Part shown: one piece after another, positions 52,190 to 64,000 of the stretch
Layout of the letters: the number at the start of each line of letters is the position of its first letter
Position numbering within the stretch: the first letter of the stretch is position 1
Origin: Octopus sinensis
Lineage: Eukaryota
Direction of reading: 5' to 3'
NCBI RefSeq assembly: GCF_006345805.1
Contig: NC_043000.1
Location: forward strand, 142,476,001 to 142,540,000
DNA length: 64,000 bases
Notes under the pieces: generated by a model
The model's input: only the letters and a program-made list of their open reading frames with translations
Database searches by the model: none
Told to the model about the DNA's origin: nothing
Translations under genes and position numbers: made by a program

Positions 52190-52355
52190 CTTTTACTTCT
52201 TTCACGCATTTGAAGGCGGCCATGCTGGAGCACGATCTTGAAGTTCAGTACATCGATCACAGGACGTATTTTTTAAAGCCTTGCACTTATTCTATCGACC
52301 TCTTTTGCCGAAATGTTAAGTTACGGGGACGTAAACTCACCAACACTGGTTATCT
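52190..52355 (-). mobile_element. SINE family A, 3' half
   Basis: GGCGGCCATGCTGGAGCAC...CTTATTCTATCGACCTCTTTTGCCGAA...GGGGACGTAAAC; tail-to-tail with the preceding copy. Confidence 0.85.
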
Positions 52356-52369
52356 GGCGGTGATGTGAG

Positions 52370-53714
<1,345 letters not shown>

Positions 53715-54005
53715 TGGTCGAGTCAGTCTATATCTACACTCAGTTTCATCTGTCGGTGCCCCGGGTTTTCGTAACTTGCCTGAAGAATTTCAGAGCAGCA
53801 ATATAAATCTCCCTACTTCACGGATAGTCAATCACAAAAGAATGGCAATTGAAAAGATAATAATACTGGCGGTTCACCAGCATCTCCACAGTAAGACAAT
53901 ATAAGAATACACAAATACACACACGCACATATATATATATATGCATACACACACATACATGCATATATGTGTGTGTGGTGTGTATCTCGTGTATATATAT
54001 ATATA

Positions 54006-54230
54006 GGCGGTGAGCTGGCAGAAACGTTAGCACGCCGGGCGAAATGTGTAGCCGTATTTCGTCTGTCGTTACGTTGTGAGTTCAAATTCCGCCGTGGTTG
54101 ACTTTGCCTTTCATTCTTTCGGGGTCGATAAATAAAGTACCAGTTACGCACTGGGGTTGATGTAAACGACTTAATCCCTTTGTCTGTCCTTGTTTGTCCC
54201 CTCTATGTTTAGCCCTTTGTGGGCAATAAT
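54006..54230 (+). mobile_element. SINE family B, full length
   Basis: GGCGGTGAGCTGGCAGAAACGTTAG (A-box-like) and GAGTTCAAATTCC (B-box-like), core GACTTTGCCTTTCAT.CTTTCGGGGTCGATAAATAAAGTACCAG. Confidence 0.92.
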
Positions 54231-54284
54231 CATCAACATATAGATACATACATACATACATACATACATGCATACATACATACA

Positions 54285-54318
<34 letters not shown>

Positions 54319-55689
54319 CCTGTTTCCACTCAAAATATATGACCAAGCGCATTATATAACTTTTTCTATGTATAAATTTGTGAGTGTGAATGCTTCTTAG
54401 TATATAAGAATAGATACAATTCTAATAGGTTTGTTTTGAATCATCACAGATCAATCATAAAGACAGAACATGTTTAAGTTTAAGATTGAGATGTCGTTGC
54501 ATCAGCTTCTCCGCTGATGGACAATTACATCGTTTACTTCGTAATTAGTCAGTGTATCACCAGTAATTCATTTTAGTACGAGGCTGGCTGACACTGCATA
54601 ACTTCATTTATATGTCAATTTACCATTCTCAAAATATTGATAAGTGCCGTAATGGTTCTGTTGTTAGTGATGTTACAGAACTATTTTGTCCTATAAGTAA
54701 CCTTTCTAGAAACTGTAGTAAACTAGAAACTTGTTTTCAAAGGAAATATCAATATTCTTTGAATATCCTTTTATTTTATTTTATTTTGCTTTATTTCAGT
54801 GTTTTCTTTTTTTCCTGCTGTCTATTGCTTGTTAGTAACGACATTGTATGACAGAGCAATCAACATCATTTCACAAATATAAACTGGAGATGTCAGCTAT
54901 GGGAATTCGTTTGTGTTTCATAATTTTCTGAAACCACTGATATTTGAAATCAATCAACTCCAATATCGCCAGATAGTAACGAATCAGTGATCGTAACAAG
55001 CTATGGAAATGTGCAATTAGATTTAGTTGTATTCTAGCCATTTCGATAGATTATGTACAGTATAGGGCCTCGCTGTAAATTGATTTGGACGTAGAAACGA
55101 CGGAATGAAATATTCAGTTATAAGCAACTGTGTATAATGTAAATGTGAAATACTACCGTCTCAGCTATCTTGAATGAAGTTAAAGAGTTTATCTTTCATA
55201 CATACATGCGCAAAAAGAGTTTATCTTTCATACGCACATGTACACACACCCACACATACACCCACATGCACACACATATATATTACCTATAAGCTGCATA
55301 TATGCGATTGTGCATGTGTGTTTGCGCATATGTGTGAGTGTCTTTACGTTATCTTGTTGTTTCTGAGTTTAGAAACAAAATACTTTAGTAAAATAGATAT
55401 GTGTCTTACTATCAGCTTCAAACAGCTTCTTCTATCACCAAAAACCATGGTTTATTCCAAATATTTTAGTTTATTTATCAGGGAGAAAAAAGTACACCAA
55501 AAAAATATATTATCGGTAATGGACTAGTATTAAGAATATAAGGATAATTAATTTACATCCACGTAATTCCTTCAATTTTATAGGTAAACCATCATGTGTT
55601 TTTGTATTTATTTACGTAGTCCATCCCTCTCTCGCTTTTGGTCTCTACATATATATTTTTTCTTGTTGTTTGTATTTGTAATAGTGTAA

Positions 55690-55954
55690 AATTTTCTCCG
55701 TTTTCTTTGTCTTTGTTGTCGTACGCACTCGCTTGCTTTCTCTTAAAACCTTAAATGCTCTTGGCTTAGATTTTTGGGGCTAGCCAGATTTGAACAGTCT
55801 CAAGTGCAACCGGCCGAAACTGTAAGAATGATCTGGTACTTGACTGATGAGAAAAGGTTGCGAATGACCCATCCTTGAGTTTTCGTGTCCGTCTTTGCAT
55901 CGTTTGACTGTTCAGATGTTTTATTATCGTCTGTTGTGTTCTTGTCTCTTGTCC

Positions 55955-55957
<3 letters not shown>
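55690..55957 (+). repeat. Interspersed repeat 'family Q', homologous to 59160-59410
   Basis: Shared TTTCTCCGTTTT...GCTCTT.GCTTAG...TGGGGCT.GCCAGATT...CGAAA.TG.AA...ATCTGG.ACT.GACTGA.GA...CGAATGAC.C.TCC. Confidence 0.75.
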
Positions 55958-56002
<45 letters not shown>

Positions 56003-56003
56003 C

Positions 56004-56054
<51 letters not shown>

Positions 56055-56072
56055 CATATACATATATATATA

Positions 56073-56124
<52 letters not shown>
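55958..56124. repeat. (TA)n microsatellite
   Basis: Direct reading. Confidence 0.9.
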
Positions 56125-56129
<5 letters not shown>

Positions 56130-56614
56130 TGTAGTTGTGTGAGTGTCTGTCCCCTTCGATTTAGATTCCTAACTACTCCCACAGTTTAACCAAATTCGGG
56201 TATCTTATAGTCGTGATTCATATCGAGCCCGTCTGAGTATTAGCGCGCGTCTACGATGAGTCTACGATTTTAAAAATAATTCAACATCATTTTTTATTCC
56301 ATTTTAATGCATAATTTTTCGTGTGTCGATGGCGGCGGAGTTGGCATCCATGGTCACACCTGCACCTGTTTTCTTCTCCCCCTTCTTCCCTCCCTCGTGA
56401 AGCTGTGGGGAAGGGAGTGTAAGGAAATCAACGTCGTAAAGCGTTGTCAAAGAGACCAGAGTTCTTTTAGAACAACGACTTCATGGCTTGAAGACACCAA
56501 AACAGAAATGGCTAAGAAAGCCCGAATTGGCATATATAAGGGAAGTAACTCTCTAAAAATGCTTATATAGTTATTTCCCTTACAAACCCGAGCAACGCCG
56601 GGCGATACTGCTAG
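56119..56614 (+). mobile_element. Non-autonomous Helitron
   Basis: 3' hairpin CCCG(A)GC-AAC-GCCGGG (56587-56602) is followed 8 nt later by CTAG|T (56611-56615). The 5' end TATATAAAACTG.. is buried in (TA)n. No TIR or TSD. Confidence 0.75.
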
Positions 56615-56789
56615 TATATATATATATATATAAATGGATGTTCCCTTTCTCTATTTCCCTAAGGAGATTACATTGTTCTTCACCATTTTATTCCTTTGGA
56701 ATAATACCAATATTTTCTTCGAAACATATGTCGGAAGTAAAAGAATTTTAATAACACCTGCGTTTAACTCCATGTATATGCATACATAC

Positions 56790-56882
<93 letters not shown>

Positions 56883-57810
56883 AACACACAAAGTATGGGG
56901 GATTAGTTCACAAGTGATCTAAACGAGTAGGTACGCTAGGTAAGTGCTGTAACGAATTACTGGGACTCCAAGGTTGTAGCCGAGACGGTAGTTATGGAGC
57001 CATTGTAGATTTCCGATGCAGCGGATATATTATTGTTAAACAGGACGCGAAACGTTAAGGGAAGACAAACATCTGAACACATACACGATATTATTTTAGG
57101 AAGAAATTCGAAATCTAACAGCTGTTTCTGTGATATCCCCGAGTATGGACTATTCCGTCATTATAGAGAAGTAGGTCATTAAATATGGAAGATGAGAATA
57201 GTCTGTATCAGTAAGATGACAAAATAGAGGAAGGGAGTAAAAGAAAAAGGAGGTGGAAAGAGAGAAGAAAAAAGAAGCATAATAATTCATTATTCAACTT
57301 TCCGAAGTTATAGAAAGCAAAGCACGAGTCCTTAGATGCAATCCTGTGTGCATACATGTGTGTTAAAATCCTGATACAGTAGACATCCAAAGAAAAAAAC
57401 GCGACCATATCAACGTTCAATAACAGAATGGTAGCGGAGGTGGCTATTAATTGGAAAAAGAAAATAAAAGAAATAGAAAAATAGGTAGATAGAGTGAGAT
57501 AGGGGGGATTTTAAGGATTGGCTATGGGATAAAGTAAGGTGCATATGTGTATGATGTCTAAGAATGGTGTACGGGGTAGCCGAGAAGATGAGAGACAGGA
57601 AGAGGAGGTAGAGAAAGATAGGGTTAAAAAATAGATGGAAATGAAAGGAATTTAAAGAGAGTAGTAGATGTCTGGTAGTCTCAAAGTCTAAAGTTTTGTG
57701 GAGGAGATTTGGTAGTAATTATTTGTGTCCGTCATGGCTAAGGACAGTGGTTGTAGAGTTATTTTTAGCAATGTGGTTGTGTGTGCGTAAGTAGTTGAGG
57801 ATATATATAT

Positions 57811-57859
<49 letters not shown>

Positions 57860-57948
57860 AATTCAGGGTCAATACTTGATAAATGTAAGCACCTGTATAT
57901 GCCAGCTAATAGCATAGGTGATAGGATATATGAATCAAATGAAATAAA

Positions 57949-58045
57949 TGAAAAGCAAGACGCAAAGAATGTTGCGGTACATATGTTTCGGGATTTATAA
58001 AGCCCGAACATATGTACCGCAACATCCTTTGCGTCTTGTTTTTCA
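57949..58045. other. Near-perfect ~97-nt palindrome (hairpin)
   Basis: TGAAAAGCAAGACGCAAAGAATGTTGCGGTACATATGTTTCGGG-ATTTATAAAG-CCCGAACATATGTACCGCAACATCCTTTGCGTCTTGTTTTTCA. Confidence 0.85.
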
Positions 58046-58081
58046 GTTATATATATATATATTATATATATATATATATAT

Positions 58082-58329
<248 letters not shown>

Positions 58330-59098
58330 TACTGTAGTCTCCGTACAGAGCGTGAAACTAGCGCCAGGATTTAAGGCAAGTCAGCGCTTCAACACTCAGA
58401 AGACAATCCGTGAAACAGACGAGCTATTGGTCGAGACTAAAAAACTTGAAATACTACTCCTTAGAGAGAAGGATGGACTGATATGCAGTGATATCCACAT
58501 GGAAGATACTCGGATGTCTAACTCTGAACCTTAGAAGTGAAAGCTATAACAGACAGGGAACTGGAAGGCAGTGCATTATACAAAAGATACAGCGGTTAAC
58601 ATCTCGAATAAAGACCTAGTACTGTAACAGTTCGGGTTTCAGGTGACCCCTTGCGTGTATATATATATATATATGCGCGTGTGGATGTGTAGGTGCATGT
58701 GGATGTGCGTATACATCTACATGTCTAAAAGCGATATAAAATATGTTTCAAGCAAGATCTGAAAAAGTATCACATAAGGAAAGCTGCGACGATCTTCATA
58801 TTTTTATTGAGTGGTCGTGATAGCTGTAGACCTCTATATATTAGAGAAAATTATGAGGATAAAAGGAATTTGGGATTGTTAACGCCAAATTGGTTACTTT
58901 GCTGTAAAACTTCTAGTTTAGTTTAATTTCAATATTTTATATATCATCTTAAATTTCTGTGTCAATATTTTCTGCTTGTGCTTGTGTAAGTTTCTATAGT
59001 CTTGATCTTCTCTCTCTCTCTCTGAATATATATATATATATGTATGTATGCATATATGAATGTATGTGTTGGCGTATTTGTGTATTATGCATATATTT

Positions 59099-59159
<61 letters not shown>

Positions 59160-59162
<3 letters not shown>

Positions 59163-59410
59163 AAAATTTCTCCGTTTTTTCCGTCCTTCTTTTCGTATAC
59201 ATTTGCTGCTTTCTTCCAAGGAATCTTAGCTCTTAGCTTAGTTTTTTTCTTTGGGGCTCGCCAGATTGGAGCAATCGTGAGTATAACCAGTCGAAATTGC
59301 AAAGATAATCTGGAACTCGACTGAGGAAAGAAAACTCCGAATGACACGTCCATGTTTTCTTTGCATCATCTGTCTGGTTTTTTGGTCGTTCCTTTTTTGT
59401 ACCTAGCTGT
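59160..59410 (+). repeat. Interspersed repeat 'family Q'
   Basis: Homologue of 55690-55957; directly follows a (TA)n array. Confidence 0.75.
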
Positions 59411-59612
59411 CTGGATGTTTTGCGTTCTTGTCCTATTTTTGTATCTTTTATATATAAATATATAGCGGTGTACGTACACTTTGGTCTCTTATATGTAAGT
59501 ATACATATATATATATATATATATAGTACGACTCTATTATTCTTTCTATTCTTTCATTCTTTCCTTCTTTCTATCAGCCCTTTCACTAGCTACGTGATAA
59601 CGGCATGTGCGT

Positions 59613-59741
59613 GTATCACAGGATCACGTGATCACGTGATCTACCAGACCCGGATGTTGTCATGGGAGGCAGGTCGCAATACGCTTCGCATTGTTTTAGC
59701 ATTCGAACGATGTCACCTTGCTAGCTAGGCGTGCAAGCCAA
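59613..59741 (-). mobile_element. SINE family D, 3' part
   Basis: Reverse complement GCTAAAACAATGCGAAGCGTATTGCGACC...GATCACGTGATCACGTGAT matches 5980-6057. Confidence 0.7.
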
Positions 59742-59818
59742 TATGTTTGTGTGTGTATGTGTGTGCGTTTGTGTATGTGTGTCTGTGTTGTGTATGCATG
59801 TATGTATGGATGTATATA

Positions 59819-60971
59819 CACAGGAATGACAGAAGTAAATGCCGTAGACACTCCATAATGCATCGTCTATGTTTATTTTAACTTCAAAAACTTTTATTAA
59901 CTGACATTTTTATGTTTCATGTTTAATATGTTACTGTTTACTCATGCCACGAACAAAAGAAGCCTGTGAACTGTCTCAATTACAAAGAGGCCATATTCTC
60001 AGTTAATATAAGGTGGACTTAGCGTAAAATCGCAGGAAACCTTGGGATCCCGCTTTCTACATTTAATAGAGTGATTTTGCAATTCACCAGAGAGTCCACA
60101 TCACCTCAACGAGTTCGACCATGGCCCCCTGACAGGACCCTTCACTTTGTTAAGAGAAGTGTGGCGGATAATCCTCACTGCTAGGCTTCTGACGGAGCAG
60201 AACAAGTTGAGGTGAGTTCTTGAACAGCTGTCAGGTATCTCCACAAACTTTGCTACTATGGCAGAGCAGCAAGAAGGAAGCTATTTCTTCGATCAGCCAA
60301 TATCAAGCGGAGAAAAACAATTGGGGTCAGTGAAATGGTGGAGAGGCCACTAGCATTTTGGAAAACTGTCATATTATCTGATACGTCCAGATTTACTGTA
60401 TTGTCTGTCAGTGACTCTGTGATCAAGAATGAGACGTGAAAAGATTTCAGTCAACACGGCAGATATTCTGTGATAGTCTGGGGCGCAAATTGAAGCAATT
60501 ATCCTTCAGAGATGGTGCGGTGTGAGGGAAACATAAACTCAGATAAATATGTGTCTATATTGCAGAAAGGAATCCTTCCTATCTTCTACGATGGTAAAAT
60601 GTTTGAAGAAGGCTAAAATGACCCACACTGCTAAATGATTAATCGGAAGATAATGGCATTAAAAAGCTTTATGGCCAAGACAGTCACCAGATATGAACCC
60701 TGGGGTATAAAAGACTGGACACTCCGTAAAAAGAACGAGAAAGCATCCCCAAGGCCAGGTCTTTTGAGATTACTGGATGAAACTTGGCCACAAATTCCTC
60801 ACGAGAATATTTGTCATCTGATCAGTTGCAGGGAAAAATATAAAGGGAATGTCTACGAAATATTAGATATTCACATTATAACAATTAATAAATAATTTAA
60901 TATATAATTTCAGTTTTAAATAAATTTTAACAATTATAAAGGTGTCTATTTACTTCTTTTGCATCTGTGTG
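59819..60971 (+). mobile_element. Tc1-like transposon relic
   Basis: Degenerate TIRs CACAGGAATGACAGAAGTAAAT..TAGACAC / GTGTCTATTTACTTCTTTTGCATCTGTGTG with TA flanks. Transposase remnants: SDTSRFT, SVIVWGA, EGNINSDKYVSILQKGILP, WPRQSPDMNP. Confidence 0.8.
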
Positions 60972-62359
60972 TATATTGCAGCTCATCTTTGTTTGGCATA
61001 ATCAGACTGCTTACTGAAGTAAGTCAATGGCGAAATTTCGAAGTCTCTATCAACATTTTCATATGAAATATATAATTACATATTCAAATGTTAAGAAAAA
61101 TCCCTCTGTTAATACTATTATTTTAATGTTTGAATATACTTAAAACTACACATGAGTATAAATATATGTATGTTTTTCTCGTATGTGTGTATGTTTTTCT
61201 CGTATGTGTGTATGACTGTATCTGCGTGTGTATTTACATATACATGCATGTGTATATAAAATATGTATATGCATACATATACATGCGCATGTCTGTGGGC
61301 GTGAGTGTGTGTGTATGTGTGTGTGAGTGTGTGTGAGTGTGTGTGTATGAGTGTGTGAGTGTGTGTGTCTGCATGAAATATGTATGTGTGAATAATATTG
61401 CTTAGATGTACAGAGACGTGTGCACTTGTGGTTCCTATGTCTTTGAAGAAGACAAAATACGTAAAAACCAAAATAAAAATTATACATTTCAAAAACATGC
61501 TTGAAAAATATATAAAGTATGTAATTAATTAAAATTTATTAAATAACATTTTCAATTAAACTCGAGAGGATATGATTTGGGGACAATAACACATCCTAAC
61601 ATTTATATGAATCCACTTTTTATGTTTCGTGCGTGTCGTGATGTAACTATCAATATGCTGGCGGATTATTATCATGAAAAGCCAGGCGATAACATACATG
61701 CTGCATTTCCTTCTATTTATTAACGTTCTGACGTCGAATCACTCTGAGGTTAATTTTGATTTTCAGAATTTCTAGGTTGTAAAATATATACAAGCATATC
61801 TCAACTTACGTCATTCTGAGTTACATGTTTTCCAAATAATATTTTGTTTTTAGAAATTAATTGAAAAATACATTTCACCTGCAGTCGATGTATCCGACTT
61901 TTAAATATGCGAACATATTTAAAAGAAAAAAAAATTAAACCACCTGCAAACGAATAGTGGATTGGAAAACCAAATAAAATACGCGTAAAAAAATTAACAA
62001 ACCATTTATTAAAACTGATTAAAACTAATAATTTTTTTTCCGTATTACGTCGATTTTCTCGTTAAACCACATGTCTTGCAACCAATTACCAAAGTAAATT
62101 GCATTATGGCTGTAACCACCCGTTCCCTAATCAATATATAAGACAATATGCTTCAGTCAAAATATTACGTAGCTGTCAAGACAGAAATTCAAACATGGCT
62201 TAAAACAAAATCTCAAAATTTTAACAATAATTTAGCTGAAAATACTTGCTTATACTACGTTAGAGGTAACTGATTTGTCGTATGTAATTATGGTACTTAT
62301 ATAGTACTTATATAGTACTTACTGAAAGAATGTGAGCAAAAATTTTAAAAAGGTACGAA

Positions 62360-62670
62360 CAGTTGACGTTCTCAGGTGCAATCGACGATTATTACATTGG
62401 AAAGGGAGCTTCTTTAGATCATCATACAAGGGCTTTACCCTCATTCGACTCATCAGCTGAAGGCTGGAAAGGACCTCGTGGGAGGCCCCGAAACAGATAC
62501 CTGGACGTGAATAAGGAAGATTTCCAGAGGTTCGAGGTCGCCTTGGACGATGCAGATGGGCTGGCATGGGACCAACAACAATGGTGAGCAGTAGTGGATC
62601 CTGTCGGCTCTACGCATCATGAAGCTTCTGAGATCATTAACCTGGGATGAACCAAGCTCTGATTCCCCAT
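62360..62670 (+). mobile_element. RTE-like LINE 3' fragment
   Basis: FDSSAEGWKGPRGRPRNRYLDVNKEDF...LAWDQQQW; same family as 36830-37060. Confidence 0.75.
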
Positions 62671-62683
62671 TATATGATTCCCC

Positions 62684-62732
62684 ATAATCTGATATGATAT
62701 TTCGGAAAAACATTCCTTCTTCAGATATTCTT
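62684..62732 (-). ncRNA. Candidate variant type I hammerhead ribozyme in the Penelope terminal repeat
   Basis: Minus strand: AAGAATAT-CTGAAGA-A-GGAA TGTTT TTCC-GAAA-TATCATA-TC^AGATTAT. Both core boxes are present, with an extra A before stem II; stem I is only partly paired (5/7). Confidence 0.5.
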
Positions 62733-64000
62733 AGATGGAGTCACTGCTATAATCGGTTTTCTAACGGCTTTTAATTTTTTAATTTTTTTGGAAGCGTCTC
62801 AGCAGTGGTCCACAATTCCTCATGAGAAGTGTGTGAGGTCGGCCATGTCTCAATCTCGTGTATGCTGGTACATCCGTAGCGCTGCTTCTAAGTTACGTAA
62901 TATACGTGCAGCTTCCTTTTCCCCCTTCGTTTTTTCTCTTCTCTTCTTATTTTTTGTAATAAACTACAGATGAGTATATTATCAAAATGAATCTACACGC
63001 ATCCAGATGTATCTAAATAATGTATTGATCGCCTGTTGTTAATTTGGGGCCCCAGTCTTTGTATGTGTATAGATTTCTTAATTCTTAAATTATCCAAATT
63101 TCTTTCATTGGCCCCAATTTTGACTTTTATGCCTTTGACGGTGTTCCAGCATCAGTGTAGATGTTTTCTGATGTGTTCGCCGAAGGAATAGAAAACCCAG
63201 CAACATATTCTTCTTTAAAATACCCCATTTTAGCGAGAGGATAACTACATCCATCCGAAGAGCCATACGAAGTGTAGGGCTAGACATACAACTAGCCCAC
63301 TCCGGCCCCTCTCCGAGAGGACACTTCACTAAGAAACAAGCAAGCAACAACAATCTATGTACACTAACACACTTTCCCACCTGTGACACAGACTCATGCC
63401 AACGGGTAAATGTTGTGTATAGAATACAATGTAACAAATGCAATAAGTTCTATGTGGGTAGCACAACAAGACCATTACACTTCCGCATCAAAGAATGTCT
63501 GAACACGAGAGCTTCCGCCTTCAGAAAACATCTAGACGGATGCCGAAACACCAACAAAAGCATAACAGTCACAATTGAGGCTAATGAAAGACATTTGGGT
63601 AAATTAAGAATTAAGGAAGCTATACTCATCCGCAGACCGGGGCCCCAAATTAACAACAGGCTGGAGGTTTGCAATCAATTCATTATTTAGATACATCTGG
63701 ATTCGTGTAGGTTCATTTTTGATAATATACTCATCTGTAGTTTATAAGAAAAGTAAAAAAAAGAGGAGTGAAAAAACGGAGGGGGAAAAGGATGCTGCAC
63801 GTATAATACGTAACTTAGAAGCAGCGTTACATATTTACCAGAACACACGAGATTGAGACATGGCCGACCTCACACACTTCTCATGAGGAATTCCGGGAGG
63901 AGCATCGTGAGACCACTGCTGAAACGCTTCCGCTAAATAAAAAAGAGAAGCCGTTAGAAAACCGATTATAGCAGCCACTCCATCTAAGAATATCTAAAGA
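62684..64000 (+). mobile_element. 5'-truncated Penelope-like element with inverted terminal repeat
   Basis: An open frame from ~63210 reads KIPHFSERITTSIRRAIRSVGLDIQLAHSG...CQRVNVVYRIQCNKCNKFYVGSTTRPLHFRIKECL...LRIKEAILIRRPGPQIN (GIY-YIG). 62715-63105 is the reverse complement of ~63590-64000. The element continues past the window end. Confidence 0.9.

Noticed and set aside
55812-55885. GAAAC...CTGATGA...CGAA as a hammerhead
   Set aside because: No consistent stems I-III could be formed in a type I or type II arrangement.
58333-58629. Possible solo LTR (TGT...AATAAA...ACA, ~297 bp)
   Set aside because: The flanks (ATTAC / GTTCG) show no target-site duplication and there is no second copy.
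61720-62067. piggyBac-like TTAA-bounded element
   Set aside because: Beyond TTAACG the two ends are not inverted repeats.
63868-63930. Hammerhead-like CTCATGA...GAAACGC in the Penelope repeat
   Set aside because: Both copies have CTCATGA rather than CTGATGA, the other copy has GAGA, and no stem I pairing is available.

Overview
Eukaryotic, AT-rich and extremely repeat-dense non-coding DNA, either intergenic or a large intron. The SINE families and the (TA)n/(CA)n/(GATA)n density best fit an octopod cephalopod (Octopus); this is inferred from recall, not from a search. I cannot support any host protein-coding gene, tRNA/rRNA gene or CRISPR array, and most ORF-track entries are microsatellite translations. 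The window holds about 14 copies or fragments of one tRNA-headed SINE (family A) plus three other SINE families (B, C, D), and decayed non-LTR retrotransposons: CR1-group, RTE and two Penelope-like elements with GIY-YIG domains. DNA transposon relics include two mariners, a maT-like and a Tc1-like element, a Merlin/IS1595-like element, a non-autonomous Helitron and MITE-like elements. There is also one short solo LTR with a 5-bp TSD. The most interesting signal is a type I hammerhead ribozyme inside an ORF-less ~330-bp repeat at 20333-21105, present as one inverted and two tandem copies (retrozyme/Penelope pLTR architecture). A second, variant hammerhead lies at the end of an inverted Penelope terminal repeat near 62.7 kb. 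The window also shows SINE-LINE tail sharing and SINE module swapping directly in the sequence.
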